64,000 nt of DNA from the human T2T-CHM13v2.0 reference genome, Homo sapiens. Position numbers and translations under genes: made by a program. The notes under the pieces are model-generated. The model had not been told where the DNA came from. It made no database searches and was given only the letters and a program-made list of their open reading frames with translations. Below are positions 39,119-50,940 of this stretch, piece by piece (the first letter of the stretch is position 1; every line of letters begins with the position of its first letter). The stretch is taken from NCBI RefSeq assembly GCF_009914755.1, contig NC_060926.1; one strand, 5' to 3'.

Positions 39119-39175
39119 CAACTCTCTCATGATAGCTGGAAAGTCCAGGATAGAGCTTATATTCATTTCTGTTAC
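39119..39175 (-). CDS. SH3YL1: SH3YL1 exon 9 (57 nt, symmetric phase 1-1 cassette)
   Basis: cag|GT AAC...GTT G|gtaaat; (S)NRNEYKLYPGLSSYHERV(G). Confidence 0.95.
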
Positions 39176-39879
39176 CTGCCAAAAAAGAGGAGAGTGGTGA
39201 TTTTGAAAACTGATTAGTATATATCATACAAAATACACAAAATTGCCAGATCCTGCCCTTGCTGAGCAAATATTTTAAATCACTAAGTTGATAGGATCAT
39301 CATCATTTGATTGCGCTTTAAATCACAAGGTATACCTGAATAAAGCCAGAAGATACATGAAGTATAAGGTAGATGATAAATACCTGACATCTGTATGACA
39401 CAGAAGTACACACACTATTCTCATTATAAATTCAGATGACAATTCTATTAGGTTCTTCTTCAATTGCATTGAAGGCAAAGAAACAGAAATCACTGATTCA
39501 TGGAAGGATTTACACTGCATAAGAGCCATTCACTAACTGCATCCACATTTCACACTGGATTCCCGTTCTGACGCTCTGGGGTGATGTAGTGTAGAAAGAG
39601 GCAGAACGGTCTGGGGGTTTGCTTTTCTTCTTCAACTGCAGAAAAACTGATTCTAACAGTACAGAAGACGAAGAGCACACCTTGCACATCACGTTCAGCT
39701 TTAAAAAGAACTTATCCAGGAGCTGGAGATCTGGAGATGGTGTCTCTTAAGTGGCCTGTGCCCACACCCCCTTTTGCAGTCTCTGCGTACTCCTAAAGAC
39801 AGGCACACACCAGTGTGAAGGCCACTGGCCTAAGACATTTATGAAAGTCAGAATTTAGAAATAAAGTTTGGTGGGATGG

Positions 39880-41830
39880 GAAAAGGATACAAATATCCTC
39901 TGAGAATCTATTTTTAAAAACTGACTAGAAATAGTTTTGAGCAAGTGACGAGATATAAGACAAACAAAATATATGCAAATTAAGATTTCCTTCACTGTGA
40001 AAATTGGTACTTAAGTAGAAATAGAAAAGTGCATTCCATTCACCTTAGCAGATCAAAATCTCAAAGTACTTGGGAACAAATTTAACACAAAAGGCACAGA
40101 AATTACAAAGTCTTATTGAAAGACATAAAATCTCAACAAATGGAAAGCATGAAATGGTAAAATTATTATATCTCAAAGTAATAAATGTATACATGTAATG
40201 TTACCATAATTAGCATTGAAAAATTATAGAATGGATACAAGTACATCATACTGTTTCAACTAGAATTGTATATTGGGGAGGAGGGGAAAATTAGGAAAAT
40301 GAGCTCAAATTATGTGAAGACTAAGTATCCAGTAAATGCAAAGATAAAAAAATCACAAGAAAATCTAGGAGACTATGAACATACTCTTGTGTAGGAGGTG
40401 GGAAGACCTTAATCATGACCAAAGTATCCAAATCTATAAAAACTAAATGATAGACTTATTTTTAGATAAAATTTAAAACTTTCATGGAGTAAAATTATGA
40501 AAAACAAGATCAAAAGAAAAATGGTAAGTGTAGAAATATGCTGCAATCCAAATGACCAACAAAACCTATAATATAGATAACATTTCCATAAATTGAGAAA
40601 GCAACAAATATCCCAATAGGAAAAATAGACCAATGAAATGAAGAGACTTTTCAGATAAGATTAAATCCAAAACACCAGCAATTTATATGAAGAGATGTTT
40701 ACATTCACTAATAGGAATAAATACAATCCAATTAACAAGGAGATGTGACAAGCCTTGACTGGCAAAATCTTCTAGATGCTTCCGCACTAATAGTGGTGGG
40801 GAAGGTATATGCTGAAGAATGTCATAATGGATGTAATAGTTGAAAATGCACTTGGTGGGGAATGTAGATGGTGGAGAATGTATATAGTGAGGAATGCATA
40901 CAGTGGGGAAGATATATGGTTGAGAATGAAAATGGACAGTGGGGAATGTGTATAGTGGGAATGTCTGGTGGGAAGCCTATATAATGAAGACTTGGGAATG
41001 TTATTGGGGAGTGTATATATGGTGGGGAGTGTATATATGGTGGGGAGTGTACATATACTGGGGAGAATACATATACTGGGGAGTATATATGGTTAGGATT
41101 GCACATGGTCGGTAGTATACACGGTACAGAATATGGTGGGCAGCATAAATGGTGGATAATTCATATGGTGGAGAATGCATATGGTGGATAGTAACCATGG
41201 TGAAAAATGCACATGGTGGGTGGTACACATGTTGGGGAATGCATATGGTGGGTGGCATACATGATGGAGAATGCATATGGTGTCTAGTGGGAAATGTGCA
41301 TGGTAGGAAATGCCTATGGCGGGAAGCAACTATAGTGGGGACTATTATGGTGGGAAGGTTATGGGGAGTGTATATATGGTGGGGAGTATATATGGTTAGG
41401 ATTGTACATGGTGGATGGTATACATGGTGGGGAATGCATGTGCTGGTGAATGTTACGGTGGGGAAATGGTTGATGAGACTCTAAGTAGTAAAAACTTTTG
41501 AAAAGTAATCTGCTAAATCTGTTAAAACTTTAAAAATATATTATTTGACCTATTATGTCCACTCCTGGTAACTATCTCAAAAAAAATAAAAGTGCCAGTA
41601 TATATAAATATTAATTTAGAAGTATATCAATTGTGACACTGTTTGGCATGGAAAAAAATCTGAAATAAAGTTAATATACATCAATAGGAGAGTGAATGAG
41701 TAAACTATATACATTTGTGCCATGGATACTGAATAATTATTAAAAAGAAGCAAACAGAACTATACCAGTTGACTTAGGGATTTCTACGCGGAGTTGTTGA
41801 GCAAAACAAACCAACAAATAACAAATAAAT
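39880..41830 (+). mobile_element. Old L1 ORF2/3' region, interrupted by a minisatellite
   Basis: Decayed ORF2-like text (aaagtacttgggaacaaatttaacacaaaagg...; aaaaatagaccaatgaaatgaagagac...) resumes after 41480 (aaaacttttgaaaagtaatctg...tttgacctattatgtccactcctgg). Confidence 0.65.
40850..41470. repeat. Degenerate ~18-bp minisatellite (atggtggggaRtgtatat)
   Basis: Repeated tggtggggagtgtatata / tggtggagaatgcata units, about 30 copies. Confidence 0.85.
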
Positions 41831-42144
41831 AAATAAATATAAAGAAGATATAGTAAAGCACGTATAAGATGATAGCATTTTTATGAGACAAAAATATTCT
41901 GGCCATGTTTATGTATATGTTTGTACATGCCATGTGTAGGACTACACAAGAATGGAGAAAACAACGTGAAAGTTCATAATTTATGTTGTGAACGTGGGTT
42001 TCCTGAAATCAGGGTAGAGGAAGGTATCTTGAAAGTGAAAACATAGGTGAAATGGGAAAAGGAAGCAACACAACAAAGGAAAAGAAAAAAAATACTGCCT
42101 TCACAGACCCTCCATATGAGCATACGTGCATTTCCATAAAATTA

Positions 42145-42165
42145 TGTGTGTGTGTGTGTGTGTGT
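42145..42165. repeat. (TG)n microsatellite
   Basis: ~10 TG units. Confidence 0.9.
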
Positions 42166-43702
42166 AAGGATATGTAAATAAATTGAAAATACTTAGTTTT
42201 TAAATAAAGAACTTAAGAAAAGGTCAGATTTAACATAAAACATTAAAAGTAGTCACTAGTTTTAAATTTTTAGTTTACTGAATTAAAAACTGATATTCAA
42301 AACTTGAGAGATACAGCACATGAGAAATGATGGTATCGCATGGAAAAACTGTAGTGGCCTAGCCACAAAGGATGAAGCTGAAAAGGTGGAGGGAGGAGGA
42401 GTGTTCACGAGTGTGTCGAGTGAGGCTGAGGCTGCAGAAATGTGGCCAGGCTAACCTGTCCACCGGCAGGGACACAGCTGTGGCTGTGCAAAATGGGGAG
42501 GGCACTGCCCATCTCCCCAAGAAAGGGTTCGGGGAACACACGTGGTCACCGTGGGAAACAGATCCGCAAGCTGGCACAGGCAAAGGGCCTGTTTTTAGAA
42601 AGCTCACACAAGGGGGTTATATGGCAGAAACAACCTTCAGAGCTTTTCAATTATTAACGGAAAGGAATTTTTTGAGGTAAGGTCCACAGTCATTTTTAAA
42701 TCCGCACTGATAAGGACCTGATACTAAGAGGACTAGAATTTTTATAAATGAGAGGATTTTATACATGCATATGCAGGTATCCATTCTCAGTGAGGACATT
42801 TTATATATTTTAAAACATACATATGGGTCAAATTCTATATAATCACTCAGATCTAAAATAAAAATAAATTCAGTGCTCATATCTCATTAGTCACTGCAAA
42901 TATGAGTTTCAGTAAATCAATCATCTGAACATGAATCAGCAGTGGACCACGGCTTATCCCAGAAGAACAGGAGACAGACGCAGGGGCAGGAGGCAGGTTG
43001 GTAATGAGGAATAGGCCTGGTTCCTGAGCATCTTCCTGGGAGGGTTACATTTAGACCAGTCAAAGGCACAGCCAAGAATCATATGAGGGACTTGGGCTCA
43101 AAACTGGGGAAAATGATTACAGAAAATTAAGGAGGAGGCCGAGGATGCGCTTCCCGCCTTCTGCAGAGCTTTACTATTTACTCCCCGCAAAACTTATATG
43201 CCTTCTCCCACTAACAGCAGTTATGTTTCTACATGTAATCTCTCTCCTCTTGTTCTGAAAGTCCTCTAAAGGCAAGATCTACGTTAAAGTCACCTTTGTG
43301 CACCCAAAGCCACAGCACAATGACTCTTGTATAACAGTCAATCATCACATGAAAGTCCCTACTTCAATGTATTCCTATTTACTGGTAACCTCCATATACG
43401 AAAAACAGAAACACAAGTGATTCACAAAAATGAATGATAGAGAGAAAGATAAAGACCAAAACCTGGTGCTTTATAAATGTCATCTAGTTTAAAAACCACC
43501 TTATGAGATCCTGAGCTCCAAAGAACATATGTCAAAACTGATATTCAGAATTATAAATATGAGTATGATAAGAAAAAAACAGGCTTATTTTGTTCTCATT
43601 TCAAATCAGAAGGATAACGGTTTTTGGAAGAAATGGCACAGAAAATAAATGAGAAAACCTTTGAAGATAAATATCTTTGTAGATTTAAGAAAGTGTCTTA
43701 TG

Positions 43703-44042
<340 letters not shown>

Positions 44043-44220
44043 TTATAGCAATGACAATTTGTCTCATGTATTTAGAAGAGGCTGAGCACTTATTTTACTC
44101 TTAAATATGTTAGTTCTTCTATTTAACTCTAAAGTTTAACAATGTATCTTGATTTCTTAATGATAACATTTAATAATTACTTAATTACAACTGTATTTGA
44201 ATTGCAACAAAAATATTTAC

Positions 44221-44299
44221 TTTGAGAGCCAGAGTTCAGCTGGACTGGTGCAGATGACTGCTGTGGTCTTGACAATGGCTTTGGAGGTAATTCTTTAGC
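44221..44299 (-). CDS. SH3YL1: SH3YL1 exon 8 (79 nt, Pro-rich linker)
   Basis: cag|GCT AAA...CAA A|gtaaat; AKELPPKPLSRPQQSSAPVQLNSGSQ. Confidence 0.95.
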
Positions 44300-44624
44300 C
44301 TGGGAGAAACAAAAAGATAAATACACATAATTTTAAAATCTTGTTTTTACTTAGGCACATATAACTCTTTTCTAATGAGGTTATGTAGCAAACTTTTATC
44401 ATGTGTGCTTATTAATGTGGCACTCTCAAAGCTCACATGCACCCCTCTGGACTCTATGTAATTGAACTGGATGACAAGACTCAGATGTGGACAGGGTGTG
44501 CTCTTCTCATGCCTGGAAGCTAACCTCCCCCAGGCACCTCTGACCACCTGTGCAAGGTCTTAGGGAGCTGCAGGGACGGTGGTGTAGTAATTGGTTTAGC
44601 AAGCAACTGGCAGAGGCAGTGACA

Positions 44625-44772
44625 GACAAACTCTAGGCTTCAGTTTTTATTCCATGAAACAGGCATCATACCAACTCTGAAAGGTGCTGTGGAACATCAT
44701 GAACAATGCACACAAATCCCTCGGTGCCCCAAGGCCTGACATACAAAGGCGTCAGTATCTGCAACTATTATT
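44625..44772 (+). mobile_element. MIR fragment
   Basis: ctctaggcttcagtttttattccatgaaacagg...gcctgacatacaaaggcgtcagtatctgcaactattatt. Confidence 0.6.
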
Positions 44773-44778
44773 CATATA

Positions 44779-45024
44779 TTATTATTGAGATAAGGTCTTA
44801 CTCTGTTGCCTAGGCTGAGTGCAATGGCATGATCTTGGCTCAGTGCAACCTCATGGGCTCAAGCGATCCTCCTGTTTCAGCCTCCTGAGTAGCTGAGATT
44901 ATGGGCACACGCCACCATGCCCAGCTAATGTTTCTATTTTTATGGTAGAGAGGGGGTTTTGCCATGTTGGCCAGGCTGGTCTGAAACTCCTGATCTCAAG
45001 TGCTCCACCTGCCTCAGCCTCCCA
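44779..45024 (-). mobile_element. Old Alu (AluJ-like), 5'-truncated, in intron 7
   Basis: ttgagataaggtcttactctgttgcctaggctg...gggctcaagcgatcctcc...tgcctcagcctccca; (att)n tail. Confidence 0.9.
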
Positions 45025-45277
45025 CATATTATTTGTATTATTGATACAACAAAGTTCCATCCTTGGAGAAATGCAATCACAGAGGACAAATTATGTTTTT
45101 CCCTGAAATCTGTACAGAGGAAATGTCAAGGTAGCATGACCTTTTCACAAGAATGTGAAGTCAGTGAAACTACGAAGGAGGCTTAGTAGGTTCTTAGGAA
45201 CCTGATATCAGGGACAGAATGTTCTACAGAAAGAGATTTTCTGAGAATACTGAGTGAAACATAAAACCAAACGGTAC

Positions 45278-45446
45278 AGAAGACTTCCTCTGCTCCCTTG
45301 CTGCTTTTCTTGCATTGATTCGTTGTCCTTCATTTTCATACTTTTCAGTAAAGGAATCAAGAATTTCATAAAGATCTTCGGCTTGAGCAGGCCGCGGTGT
45401 ATCTCCAAATAAAATGTCATAAGCTCGGATATCTTGACAATAAAAT
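45278..45446 (-). CDS. SH3YL1: SH3YL1 exon 7 (169 nt)
   Basis: tag|A TTT TAT...TCT TCT|gtaccg; FYCQDIRAYDILFGDTPRPAQAEDLYEILDSFTEKYENEGQRINARKAAREQRKSS. Confidence 0.96.
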
Positions 45447-46700
45447 CTAATGGGAAATATAAAATTAAAAACATTTTAATATACACAAATCTTTTCTAGA
45501 GTTAAACATAGCATGTGCGCACACACGGTGTGTATATATAATCATTCATACATAGCACTTCATATACACTACTTTTTAAACACTAACTTTAAGCAATATC
45601 CCATGTTCAAGTCTTAAATGTACCCCAAAGTTCACTTCTACAGGCAACTACCATAAATATCCTTATATGTATCCTTTCTTTATTAATATAAAAAGCACAT
45701 CCACATTATCATGGAAATACTTATACTTGCCCATATATATACATACACATATTCATATATAAACACATATAAATATACACACAAGCACATACATTTTTAT
45801 AGGTTTTTACTTTTTAAATTTCTTTAAAAAATGGTACGTATAACTGTGGCTTTGTAATTTCCTTAAAATATTTATTTTTATCAAGATTAAATAAACATTT
45901 GCCTTACATGCTTGGAGGTCCTGCCATTCATTAAGCAACATATTTGTTTTAGTTTATCCAGGGTTTAGTTGAACTTTAGTGGGAAGGCCTGCCAACGGGC
46001 TCGAACCAGAAGTTTCTAAAAGCATTCTTTTGTTAACTGTTCTCAAATTAATAAAGCCAGGAGTTAACACATCACTTTTGATTTTATAAGATGAATAGTT
46101 CTGAAAACCTTATTTTTCCCCATCCCTCCTATTTTCTACCTCTTGTGGTTTATATTTAGCTTTATTAAATAGTGCTGTTCAGTTCCTGAATGACTCGGTG
46201 GGGTAAACACTGGATGCTTTGTCTCGGATAGTGGCGGGTCTGTCTGCCACGCGTGGCGAATTTGAATGGCCAATGCCAGCAGTGCCAGCCGATCAAGCTG
46301 GCAATGATGGAACTTCTGCAGGTTCTGGAAGAAGTCCTGCTGTCAGTCTTAGCTCTTTATCTCTTTCTGGGCCTTTACACATATTTTAGTGGCAATTTGT
46401 AAGAGCCACTTAATTTGCATCTTTGGGAAAAATCAGCCAGATGCCAATTTAAAGTAGAAGTTTCCCTTTACCTTTTAGGATACTTCCAGATTCTTTTTTT
46501 TTTTTTAAATCAAACTGTATTTTAAATTGCTCTCTATTTGACATGAGAAAAGACAAAGGTGGAGTGTAGAACAGGAAACCTCACAACAAGGAATACTGAC
46601 TGACACATGAGTTGTAACTGGTGTGCCTTCCACAAACATCTGAAAATCACTGAAATCGGTGCATCCAACTAAGAGTATTACTAACTTATGTTTAAGTTTC

Positions 46701-46998
46701 TTTTTTTTTTTAATATACTTTAAGTTCTGGGGTACATGTGCACAATGTGCAGGTTTGTTGCATAGGTATACATATGCCATGTTGGTGTGCTGCACCCATC
46801 AACTCGTCATCTACATTAGGTATTTCTCCTAATATTATCCTTCCCCCAGCCCCCAACCCCCTGAAAGGCCCCAGTGTGTGATGTTCCCCTCCCTGTGTCC
46901 AAGTGTTCTCATTGTTCAATTCCCACCTGTGAATGAGAACATGTGGTGTTTGGTTTTCTGTCCTTGTGATAGTTTGCTGAGAATGATGGTTTCCAGCT
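46701..46998 (-). mobile_element. L1PA-family 3' end (~300 bp, 5'-truncated), sense to SH3YL1 in intron 6
   Basis: T-tract, then taatatactttaagttctggggtacatgtgcacaatgtgcagg...gagaatgatggtttccagct. Confidence 0.92.
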
Positions 46999-47356
46999 AT
47001 CTTAAAATGCGAAGTGGAAAAAACAGCATTTACAACTGAATATATATGGTGATTATCATCATATATGGCAAAACAAAAAAAATTATGCTTAGGAAAATGT
47101 TGGAAGGCAGTAAAGCAAAATGTGAATTGTGTTAGTCTTTTAAAGGGATCGAGTTTTTTTTATTTCTTTTTCATGTGTCTTCTGCATTTTCTACGAGCAT
47201 ATATTATTTGTATATTTAATTTTTAAATGTAAGATACACACTTAAAACCACATGTTGTAAAAAGAATATATAAATGTACTCTGCAAATTATATCAACTTT
47301 TGAAGTACTATTTTCTCATCACACTTTCAATTAAAATCACTTTAACTTGAACTGAC

Positions 47357-47485
47357 TTTCTATTAGTTTCTTTCCTTTCAATCAAACAGCTCCCTTCTAA
47401 AGACACGCCTGCAAAGAGTCCCCTTGACTTGCAGTACGTGAAGACGGCAGCGGAGCTTCTCAGGGCCACGTTTCCTTCCAAGTTC
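47357..47485 (-). CDS. SH3YL1: SH3YL1 exon 6 (129 nt, SYLF domain)
   Basis: cag|G AAC...AGA AA|gtcagt; NLEGNVALRSSAAVFTYCKSRGLFAGVSLEGSCLIERKETNR; Ysc84-family GLFAGVSLEG motif. Confidence 0.97.
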
Positions 47486-48415
47486 CTGCAAAGCACAAGA
47501 TTTTGCATCACAAAGCTGTGAGCAGCTCCAAGCCGAGGATCACTATTTAAATAGCACTCCTTCTAGCTCAAATGAATTATTTTGTTCTGTACCTTCTTCA
47601 GCTGTTTCTATGTTTTACTTACTGTAGGCCTAAATTAGATGTTTTAATGTGGCCTAGAGGAAAAACAGGCCGGGGGAAGAACATACATGAAATTATTACA
47701 GAAGGCTCTGGTAACATAGAACTGTGTTGAAAAAGAATACAGTGCAGCATGTGTAAATATATTTTAAAAATTTGTAAATCTGACATTTTCCAACCGGATC
47801 TTCCTCTCTTAAAACTGGGAAATACATCTCAAGAGTGCTAAAGAATTTGGATTATTTTTGCATTGAGTATTTTCATGGAACCAAGAAACATTTTTAGATG
47901 ATTTTACTGTGTAACTTCTATAAATAGTGTGGGTATAAAATATCTCTACATTGCACAATTAATCCAAGACTAGCATTTCATTAATAGAGAAGAAAAATAC
48001 ACTTTAAGTACTGTAAACACGGCTCAAAAAAAACACATCCATATCCAATTTTTATGATTTACTTTGAAAAAAGCTCTTTCTTTCCTAATCGAAGCTTAAC
48101 TTTATCATAAAATCTGACTTGTGTTTGGCTCTCTCAAAGCTTAAGGTGGATTTTATGTTCAAGTCTGACAGATACAATGGCCTATGCTTCCAAAACATTT
48201 CATTATTTCTTGTGTGTTCTGGTTTCAGATTTTCTAGCTTATCTCACTGGCTGTGTTTTGTGAATTTCCTATTTGTGATGACCTCAAATCTTTCGGGCAT
48301 GTATAAATCTGGGGATGTACAAATCTGTTCATTTTAATTCAAGTTTCCTATTAATGCAAAATAAAATATGCAGTTGTTAAACCTTTACTGTCTAACATCT
48401 ATTTAAAGAACTCAC

Positions 48416-48528
48416 CTTCCCAAGGGCCCAACCGCCACAGTCAAGTTCCCTCCGAGGGTCAGATTTCCGCCTTTTGCAAAAGCTTCTACAGCACGGTCAT
48501 AATTCAGAATTATCACCAAGTCTGATAC
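48416..48528 (-). CDS. SH3YL1: SH3YL1 exon 5 (113 nt, SYLF domain)
   Basis: tag|GTA TCA...GGA AG|gtgag; VSDLVIILNYDRAVEAFAKGGNLTLGGNLTVAVGPLG. Confidence 0.97.
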
Positions 48529-49138
48529 CTAAAGTGTAGAAACCCATGGATTTAAAAATCGTTAAGACTAAATATCATTTAAAATTCATCTTGACTAACA
48601 CTCAACTACACCATATGCACTGTAGCAAAACATCAATAGAGACAGGAAAGAACGTGAGACAAGAGCCATATTTTTATTTTGAGCTGATGAATTATGAAGC
48701 CAATATTGCCACAGGTAATTACAACAAACCTCAGCGAGCATTTACTGTGCACCATGTGTATACTATGAGGTTTACCTGCATCATGTCCTTCAATCTTCCA
48801 CACAACCTGGTCATGTAGGTGGTGATCCTAAGGTTTAGTGGGGTTAGGTAAACCGTCAGTGCTAACAAGTCAAACAAAGGTTGTTGGAAGGGATCCAACA
48901 TGCTCTCTGATCTCATCAGACTAAACTTTGTAAAAGCCAAGCCCGAAGAGCACAGCACCAGGGACGATGGTGCTGAAGGTCCTGAGAGCCTTTCTACACT
49001 CTCCTCCTGGCCAGGGGTGTGCTCCTTACCAGGAAGCTGTGAACCTGGGCCACTTCACTATAGGTCACAGAAGCTCAACACACCAGAAAGCAAAGCAGTT
49101 TCCATTAGGAATGCCTATTTCCATGACTTAATTTTTCT

Positions 49139-49430
49139 TTTTTTTTCCTTGAGAAAGAGTTTCACTCTTGTTGCCTAGGCTGGAGTGCAGTGGCGTGATC
49201 TGAGCTCACTGCAACCTCCGCCTCCCGGGTTCAAGTGATTCTCCTGTCTCAGCCTCCTGAGTAGCTGGGATTACAGGCACGTCACCATGTCCGGCTAATT
49301 TTTTGTATTTTTAGTAGAGATGGGGTTTCGCCATGTTGGCCAGGCTAGTTTTGAACTCCTGACCTCAGGTGATCCACCCACCTCGGCCTCCCAAAGTGCT
49401 GGATTACAGGCGTGAGCCACTGAGCCCAGC
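49139..49430 (-). mobile_element. AluS (Sq-like) in intron 4
   Basis: gagtttcactcttgttgcc...gtgagccactgagcccagc; 15-bp TSD tgacttaatttttct at 49124 and 49431. Confidence 0.93.
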
Positions 49431-49589
49431 TGACTTAATTTTTCTCTAAATAAAAGAAGAAACTACAATGAGATTCAACTGAATGCTCAAGGCAGGTCAA
49501 CACAGTGAAAGCATTTGTTACTCAAATTAATCACTGCAATGTGGAAGTCCAAAGTTAGAACTGAAAAATAATATGACCCATCAAATGAG

Positions 49590-50531
49590 AGGCAGCATGG
49601 GTCAGGGGAGGCAGCATGGGCCAGGGGAGGCAGCAGCATGGGCCAGGGGAGGCAGCATGGGCCAGGGGAGGCAGCATGGGTCAGGGGAGGCAGCATGGGC
49701 CAGGGGAGGCAACAGCATGGGCCAGGGGAGGCAGCAGCACGGGCCAGGGGAGGCAGCATGGGCCAGGGGAGGCAGCATGGGTCAGGGGAGGCAGCATGGG
49801 CCAGGGGAGGCAACAGCATGGGCCAGGGGAGGCAGCAGCACGGGCCAGGGGAGGCAGCATGGGCCAGGGGAGGCAGCATGGGTCAGGGGAGGCAGCAGCA
49901 TGGGCCAGGGGAGGCAGCAGCACGGGCCAGGGGAGGCAGCATGGGCCAGGGGAGGCAGCAGCATGGGCCAGGGGAGGCAGCATGGGTCAGGGGAGGCAGC
50001 AGCATGGGTCAGGGGAGGCAGCAGCATGGGTCAGGGGAGGCAGCATGGGCCAGGGGAGGCAGCATGGGCCAGGGGAGGCAGCATGGGCCAGGGGAGGCAG
50101 CAGCACGGGCCAGGGGAGGCAGCAGCATGGGTCAGGGGAGGCAGCAGCATGGGTCAGGGGAGGCAGCATGGGCCAGGGGAGGCAGCAGCACGGGCCAGGG
50201 GAGGCAGCAGCATGGGTCAGGGGAGGCAGCAGCATGGGTCAGGGGAGGCAGCATGGGCCAGGGGAGGCAGCATGGGCCAGGGGAGGCAGCATGGGTCAGG
50301 GGAGGCAGCAGCATGGGCCAGGGGAGGCAGCATGGGCCAGGGGAGGCAGCATGGGTCAGGGGAGGCAGCAGCATGGGCCAGGGGAGGCAGCAGCATGGGC
50401 CAGGGGAGGCAGCATGGGCCAGGGGAGGCAGCAGCACGGGCCAGGGGAGGCAGCAGCATGGGTCAGGGGAGGCAGCAGCATGGGCCAGGGGAGGCAGCAG
50501 CATGGGCCAGGGGAGGCAGCATGGGCCAGGG
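49590..50531. repeat. 19/22-bp G-rich VNTR (~45 units) in SH3YL1 intron 4
   Basis: Unit ggca(gca)gcaYgggYcagggga; 19 bp, or 22 bp with an extra GCA. Confidence 0.97.
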
Positions 50532-50719
50532 CACCCCTGGGTGTGAAGAACCAATGTCCATCCCAGCTCCGCTTCTCGAGAGCTGTGGACTTTGGGGTCT
50601 TTTAACCAGTCTTTGTGTCTCTGACTGTTCTGTGTTTAAAATTTGCTTACTAGGACCTACACCTCATGGAACTACTGTGAGAATCAGATATAGGCGTCAA
50701 GTGTACCTGGGAAGTTGAA

Positions 50720-50940
50720 ACAGTGCTGGCATGGGGCTAAGAATTTGGGCTCAAAATTAAAAATAGTTAGGTGGGAACTCCATTACTCCCTTTTGCATGC
50801 TGTGCGACCTTGGGCAAATCACTGAGCTGCTGAAAGCTGCAATTTCCTTCTCTGGAAAATGGGTGTAATAATAGTGGCACACATTCAAGGCTGTTTACGG
50901 ATGAATTGAAATCAGTTCAATAAAACATGCAAAGGTCAAG
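50720..50940 (+). mobile_element. MIR
   Basis: gctgtgcgaccttgggcaaatcactgagc...aatttccttctctggaaaatgggtgtaataatagt. Confidence 0.7.

Noticed and set aside
49590-50531. CTCF or PRDM9 motif arrays in the VNTR
   Set aside because: CCAGGGGAGGCAGC and CCTCCCCTGGCCC each miss the consensus spacing by one base; not supportable by eye.
49487-50718. Multiple 300-380 aa ORFs (GQGRQHGPGEAAW, filaggrin/hornerin-like look)
   Set aside because: Intronic VNTR open in several frames at once; 19/22-bp units do not preserve a frame.
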